In this document: in pieces, positions 58,263 through 64,000 of the stretch | Layout of the letters: every line of letters starts with the position of its first letter | Position numbering within the stretch: the first letter of the stretch is position 1 | From: Eledone cirrhosa | Taxonomy: Eukaryota | Assembly (NCBI GenBank): GCA_964016885.1 | Contig: CAXHJY010001571.1 | Span: 175,792-239,791 of the forward strand | DNA length: 64,000 nt | Direction of reading: 5' to 3' | The notes under the pieces: model-generated | The model's database searches: none | What the model saw: only the letters and a program-made list of their open reading frames with translations | What the model was told of the DNA's origin: nothing | Translations under genes and position numbers: made by a program

Positions 58263-58290
58263 CTGACGATGTTGCAGATGTGCAACGAAA
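58263..58290 (+). ncRNA. Candidate hammerhead core in the PLE 3' region (mirror at ~54330-54358)
   Basis: CTGACGA-T-GTTGCA gatg TGCAAC-GAAA. Stems I and III could not be assigned convincingly. Confidence 0.5.
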
Positions 58291-58512
58291 GATTTATGTA
58301 AATTATGTAAACTATATATATGTGTTTGTGTCTATATTGTATCTGTATTATTTTTGACCGCCGGTCAGTCAATGGCAACATTGAGGACCGAGTAAGTTAG
58401 ATCGCAGATATATATATATAAAAGACAGCGAGAAGCGAAAACCAACCAAACAGTGAGTGTGTTCTGTTATTAATTCTGGCAATATTACGCAAATATGACC
58501 CTCCCCAAATAT

Positions 58513-58599
<87 letters not shown>

Positions 58600-58765
58600 T
58601 ATACTTATATATGTATTTATATGTCATATATATATATGTATATATATATGTATATATATATATATCTACACACATATATATATATGTGTGTGTGTATTTG
58701 TATATATGTAATTTCTTATATATATACATATATATTTATATATATATATACATATACATATATAC

Positions 58766-58836
<71 letters not shown>

Positions 58837-59237
58837 TATATATAAAAATATATATATATGTATAATATACATATATGTTTTCTGTATATATGTATTTTTT
58901 TTAAACACACACACACACATATATTGTAGACAATATGTCTGCTATGTCTGGTGTCTTATTTGATCTGGCTGTGTCACGCTTTCATACACCTTACGTATTA
59001 TTTCATATTACAATTTATCCATCAAGCTATCTACTATTTTTTACCTACTTATTTTAAATCATATACTCCTATATATCGTTTTACAAACCTCCAGACACAC
59101 ACATGCATGAATATATATTTATTTGTATCTATGTGTGTATATATATATGTGTGTGTGTGTGTGTGTGATATATATATATATGTATGTGTATATATATATA
59201 CACATATAATACAAATATATATATATATACACACATA

Positions 59238-59320
<83 letters not shown>

Positions 59321-59327
59321 GATATAC

Positions 59328-59520
59328 GAAAAGAGTCATAACCCCGACGACAGAGCTCAAGCCGTTTCGACAGCTATTTCTGGATTGAAATAGCTGTCGA
59401 AACGGCTTGAGCTCTGCAGTCGGAGTTCTGAATCTTTTCCTATTTCCCACTCTACTACCCAAAGTATTGAGTACACTGGTGCATTATGGCCCATCTGGTT
59501 CCTTACCACAATTCCTTCGT

Positions 59521-59522
<2 letters not shown>
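59328..59522. mobile_element. Family A palindromic small element
   Basis: CAGAGCTCAAGCCGTTTCGACAGCTATTTC tggatt GAAATAGCTGTCGAAACGGCTTGAGCTCTG. Confidence 0.82.
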
Positions 59523-59563
<41 letters not shown>

Positions 59564-59568
59564 GTATA

Positions 59569-59760
59569 TAACGAAGGAGTTGTGGTAAGGAAGCAGATGG
59601 AACATAACGCACCAGAGTACTCAATACTTAGGGTAGAAGAGTTTGTAATAGGAGAAAGTATGACCCCGAAGGCACAGCTCAAGCCGTTCCACGGTTATTT
59701 TTGGTTAGTCCAGAAAGGCGTCGAAACGGCTTGAGGTCTGCCGTCGGGGTCATACTTTCT

Positions 59761-59763
<3 letters not shown>
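59569..59763. mobile_element. Family A palindromic small element, opposite orientation
   Basis: Same arms. The long arm starts TAACGAAGGAGTTGTGGTAAGG. Confidence 0.8.
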
Positions 59764-59810
<47 letters not shown>

Positions 59811-60059
59811 CCAATGTCACTAACACTAAAACATAGATAATTCATCAATTGTCTATGGTCTATGAAAGGGAAGATGTAGTAAGAACCAATAACTAGCATG
59901 GTGTTTCAACAAATAGTTGGTGTCTAGTGTAGTCAAAATCGTTTGGAGTTTTCTTTTCCCTAAATGAATGCGCGAACGGGTATTATATACAATACAGACA
60001 CAAACACACACACATATATATACATATATACATATATATATATACATTCATATATATAT

Positions 60060-60157
<98 letters not shown>

Positions 60158-60334
60158 GTATGGATATTCCAACAGGCACTAGGTACCTATAGAAATATGC
60201 ATGGTGTTTATAATAGTTGTGGTTCGATGGTACTAATTTGAGATACCAGAACTATAAAAATGAGCGGAGCAAGCAATTATCAAACAATCTTTTAAATAAA
60301 TTAAAAAACGATTTAAATATTCACCTGTTTTATT

Positions 60335-60414
60335 GCTGTTACCGATGGTTTCACTAATCAAAAGATTGGAAATCAAGAGAATTTCCAATGGAAAGAATTA
60401 GATCTTCAGACAGC
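60335..60414 (-). ncRNA. Type I hammerhead ribozyme with long stem II
   Basis: GCTGT-CTGAAGA-T-CTAAT..TTGGAAAT/ATTTCCAA..ATTAG-T-GAAAC catcg GTA-ACAGC. Confidence 0.85.
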
Positions 60415-60590
60415 TATTTCAATACCATAAGGGTGCAAATCTCATAGTAAGTATATATTTCGCTTCCTGCCCGACGCATGCGGTCAAGCCGTTAAAGTGA
60501 CGCACACGCAAAATTAGGCCACAAGTAAAAGCTGGTTATTATAAACTTGTTGATCATGCCACTAAAAATAGCAGCGCGATACAACGTTTT

Positions 60591-60696
<106 letters not shown>

Positions 60697-60719
60697 ATTT
60701 AAGTTCGAGTGTGTGTTAC

Positions 60720-60965
60720 AACCAATATCAAAAATTGAAAGATTTGAAAAATATTAACTGAAGAAGAAAACCTGTGTGTCAGAATAGAGAAGGGTAAAGA
60801 ATTACAATTCTATTTTATGATCGAGTGGTGCGTTTTAAAAGCAAATGAGATAAAAGTGGAGTGTAAAACACCAAAAACCTGAATATCAAAATCTGGAAAT
60901 GCAAAGGACTACAGTCCTTATTTCCGCATAAAGTACATATGCGTGTATGTCGATGCACATCGTTG
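60720..60965 (+). repeat. Dispersed repeat, with an inverted copy at 62005-62256 that continues into a degenerate hammerhead at 61938-61988 (-)
   Basis: Direct reverse-complement match. The 61924-61978 segment also recurs at 20816-20870. Confidence 0.8.
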
Positions 60966-61045
60966 CAAGCACACACGCAGAAACACAGGCCCAGGTGCAT
61001 TCCATATATAGATATACATACATACACACATACACACGCATACAT

Positions 61046-61137
<92 letters not shown>

Positions 61138-61208
61138 TATATATATATATATATAATAAAGTAATTAAGTCAAATATTTAAGATTTGGCTTCGTTTATTA
61201 AAGATGTA

Positions 61209-61261
61209 CTGCTATATGTATTTCGGTGACAGCCATCATTGGCTGTGACCTCTTCAGGCAG
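61209..61261 (-). ncRNA. Type I hammerhead ribozyme (within repeat 61155-61380)
   Basis: CTGC-CTGAAGA-GGTcACAGCCA atga TGGCTGTcACC-GAAA-TACATA-TA-GCAG. Confidence 0.85.
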
Positions 61262-62688
61262 TTTGAATTGGTGTGGTAGAGACAGGTACACATGTTGTTA
61301 AAGTGTTTTACTCCGTCAATATTCCGATATGTCCAGCTCATGGTTGGGTTGTTATTTTTCTGAGGAACTGGAATCATATCATATGATTCATCTTAACCAT
61401 CTACTATGTCAGGGTATGTTATGCATCATCTTATTTTATCTTATGAGGACGTACTGTTGAAGTTAACTCAGTACCTCTGAAATATGTATGATAAAATATA
61501 CTTGATAACAAGAATATCTATTTTGTTACTATTTTGAATTAATATTAATAACTCCGGAAAACCAAAAACTGTTGAGTGCTTCCAATCTATTGTAAAACCC
61601 ATTCTTTGATTTATTCATTGAACCTTGTTTAACCTTTAAAAAAAAAAAAATATATATATATATATATAATAACTAGAAATTGATTAACATATATATAAAC
61701 ATGAATAATCACAGGAGAATTTTTACAAGCGTGTAACCACGCATAGTTAGGTAGGTAACAAATAAATAAAGTTGACTAGAACTTCAAAAATAGATACCTT
61801 TTAATATGATTAATCTTCCCTGTATATATTCCATTAAAGAAATATATTTCACCAATTAATCAGATGGTAAGTCACGGAAGTGGATATTTTTGGATTATCA
61901 ACAAGGAAGATAAATATTAATTGAAATAACAGATTAAAGTTTAAGCAAAGAATCACTACTTTCACCCTTAACGGGATCTTCTGAAGCTAAAAAAATCAAT
62001 CTGTGTACGCAACGATGTGCGTCGACATACATGCATATGTACTTTATGCGGAAATATGAACTGTAGTCCTTTGCATTTCCAGATTTTGACACTCAGGTTT
62101 TTGGTGTTTTACACTCCACTTTTATCTCATTTGCTCTTAAAATGCACCACTCGATCATAAAATAGAATTGTAATTCTTTACCCTTCTCTATTCTGACACA
62201 CAGGTTTTCTTCTTCAGTTAATATTTTTCAAATCTTTCAAATTTTGATATTGGTTTTAACGTAAACGCATTTTATATTTGTTTGGCACCCCCCACCACGT
62301 GGAATGGTGGCAGGATAGATGCCAACCTAGACACACACATTCTCCAGAACATAGCAGCAGCACACTAAAGCTGACCTGCCAGCTGGTCCCTTAACACCAC
62401 TATCACTACCAACACAATGGAGGTCACCTGTACTTAAACAAAAACAACTACAACAGATTGTCTTGCCTCAGAAACATTTCTATAGACTTTTGACTAAGGA
62501 ATGTTCTCACAACTGACCAATGGGATGCGAGCATGTCCTATGACGCCGTAATTCGTTTGTTCTAACTCATATGATTCCAGTTCCTCAGAGGAATAACAAC
62601 ACAACCAAGAGCTGGACATATCGATGTATTGACGGAGTAAAACACACTTCAACAACATGTGTACCATGTCTTTCCACACCAAATCGGA

Positions 62689-62741
62689 CTGCCTGAAGAG
62701 GTCACAGCCAATGATGGCTGTCACCGAAATATATATAGCAG
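62689..62741 (+). ncRNA. Type I hammerhead ribozyme (within repeat 62570-62800)
   Basis: CTGC-CTGAAGA-GGTcACAGCCA atga TGGCTGTcACC-GAAA-TATATA-TA-GCAG. Confidence 0.85.
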
Positions 62742-62819
62742 CATATCTATAATTTATAATAAACGAAGCCAAATTTTACATATTTGACTTAATTATTTTA
62801 TATATATATATATATGATA

Positions 62820-63432
62820 TTAGGATTGGTGCTCTGAAATAGCGATGTATACATGAATGTATATATAGTATATTTGGCAATATACTGTGTGTTTAATTAA
62901 AAACATTTAGAAGACCATACGCTATCAGTTTTAAAGTAGTGACTATGTCACTTACTTCTTTTTGTCGAAAGAAGGGAGAGAGACTGACACTCTGTTTCAC
63001 GCTGGCTGGCGTTCATCAGAGCTACGCACTCCCCTGCTTCCGCCGAAAATGCTAGAAGCTGGATTTTTATAGAATTCCAGTAATAGTCAGGGGCTGACTA
63101 TACAGAGTGATTGCCGGCCCAGCAAAAAATTAGGCGAAAGAAGGGAGAGAAGCTGACAGCTCCTGACTATTACTGGAATTCTATAAGAATCCAGCTTCTA
63201 GAATTTTCGGCGGAAGCAGGGGAGTGCGCAGCTCTGATGATCGCCAACCAGCTCGAAACAGACTGCCAGCTTCTCTTCCTTCTTTCGCCGAAAAGAAGTA
63301 AGTGACATAGTCACTACTTTAAAACTGATAGAGTATGGTCTTCTAAATGTTTTTAATTAAACATACGGTATATAGTCAAATATGCTATACATACATTCAT
63401 GTATACATGGCTATTTCAGAGCTCCAATCAGA
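62820..63432. mobile_element. Family D relative, head-to-head pair with two decaying canonical-core hammerheads (62982-63023 -, 63230-63271 +)
   Basis: The arms are reverse complements. AGCT-CTGATGA...GAAAC...G(T/C)C-AG. Homologous to 51737-52363. Confidence 0.8.
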
Positions 63433-63481
63433 ATATATATATATAAACCGCTTTGCGTGGTCGTCGGGTTCATGCCTCTCT

Positions 63482-63552
<71 letters not shown>

Positions 63553-63619
63553 TATATATATATGTATGTACTAAATATGTGAATCCCAACACAAATGCAC
63601 ATAATAATAATTGTTTATA

Positions 63620-63799
63620 TTTTAGGCACAAGGCCAGCAATTACCCAGTACATTTCTGGTACTTTTATTTATCGATCACGTAAGGATGAAAAGCAAAGTT
63701 AACCTCAGCGGGATTTGAACTCAAATCATAAAGGAACGTAGCTCTATGCTTCAAAGCATGGCGTCCGACCCTCTACCGATACTGCCAATCCACCGCCCA
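63620..63799 (-). mobile_element. tRNA-derived SINE
   Basis: Minus-strand A box TGGCAGTATCGG and B box GAGTTCAAATCC, then a conserved body CTTTGCTTTTCATCC..AAGTACCAG. Confidence 0.8.
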
Positions 63800-63894
63800 T
63801 AATAATGCACATAATAATAATAATAGTCGATCATTTATAAACAATAGTTATGAAAAATGTGTAAGGTACACGTAGAGACGGAAAAATGGATAGA

Positions 63895-63962
63895 CGTTCT
63901 GGCACGGAATCGAACTCCATACCTTTCGGATGCCGGCCGAGAGGGTTTAGCACTGAACGGAA
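63895..63962 (-). mobile_element. tRNA-like SINE head
   Basis: Minus-strand GGAGTTCGATTCC B box. No convincing full cloverleaf. Confidence 0.45.
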
Positions 63963-64000
63963 CATACTATAATACAAGGTACAGCGGTGTTTGCAGTGTG

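Larger units (their letters stand above)
54043..58520. mobile_element. Penelope-like retroelement (PLE; possibly Naiad-type), two 5'-truncated copies head-to-head in (TA)n
   Basis: 54100-56115 is the near-perfect reverse complement of 56506-58520. It encodes RT and GIY-YIG and is flanked by long (TA)n on both sides. Confidence 0.93.

Noticed and set aside
63895-63962. Functional tRNA gene
   Set aside because: A B box is present but no consistent cloverleaf could be drawn. It is more likely a SINE head.

Overview
This is a repeat-saturated, apparently gene-free eukaryotic window. The microsatellite density and SINE types suggest an invertebrate, plausibly an octopus, but that is inference only. 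It holds three diverged full-length Tx1-like (L1-clade) LINEs and two orphan 3' ends, all embedded in (TATC)n tracts. It also holds a 5'-truncated R4/Dong-like RLE LINE fused to a 7.5-kb 26-bp minisatellite, a head-to-head inverted Penelope-like element (RT + GIY-YIG), a deleted mariner, several SINEs and two more minisatellites. The main hidden signal is RNA structure. About 20 type I hammerhead ribozyme (HHR) motifs lie in several distinct families of small non-coding elements sitting in (TA)n tracts. Several show the same tandem-plus-inverted architecture as the neighbouring Penelope-like element. The best example is a 467-bp retrozyme-like array carrying six hammerheads. One family has a compensatory U3-A8 catalytic core. 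Two families form palindromes that fold back inside ribozyme helices. Most long ORFs in the ORF track are repeat artefacts. All structures were paired by eye, and no searches or folding programs were run.
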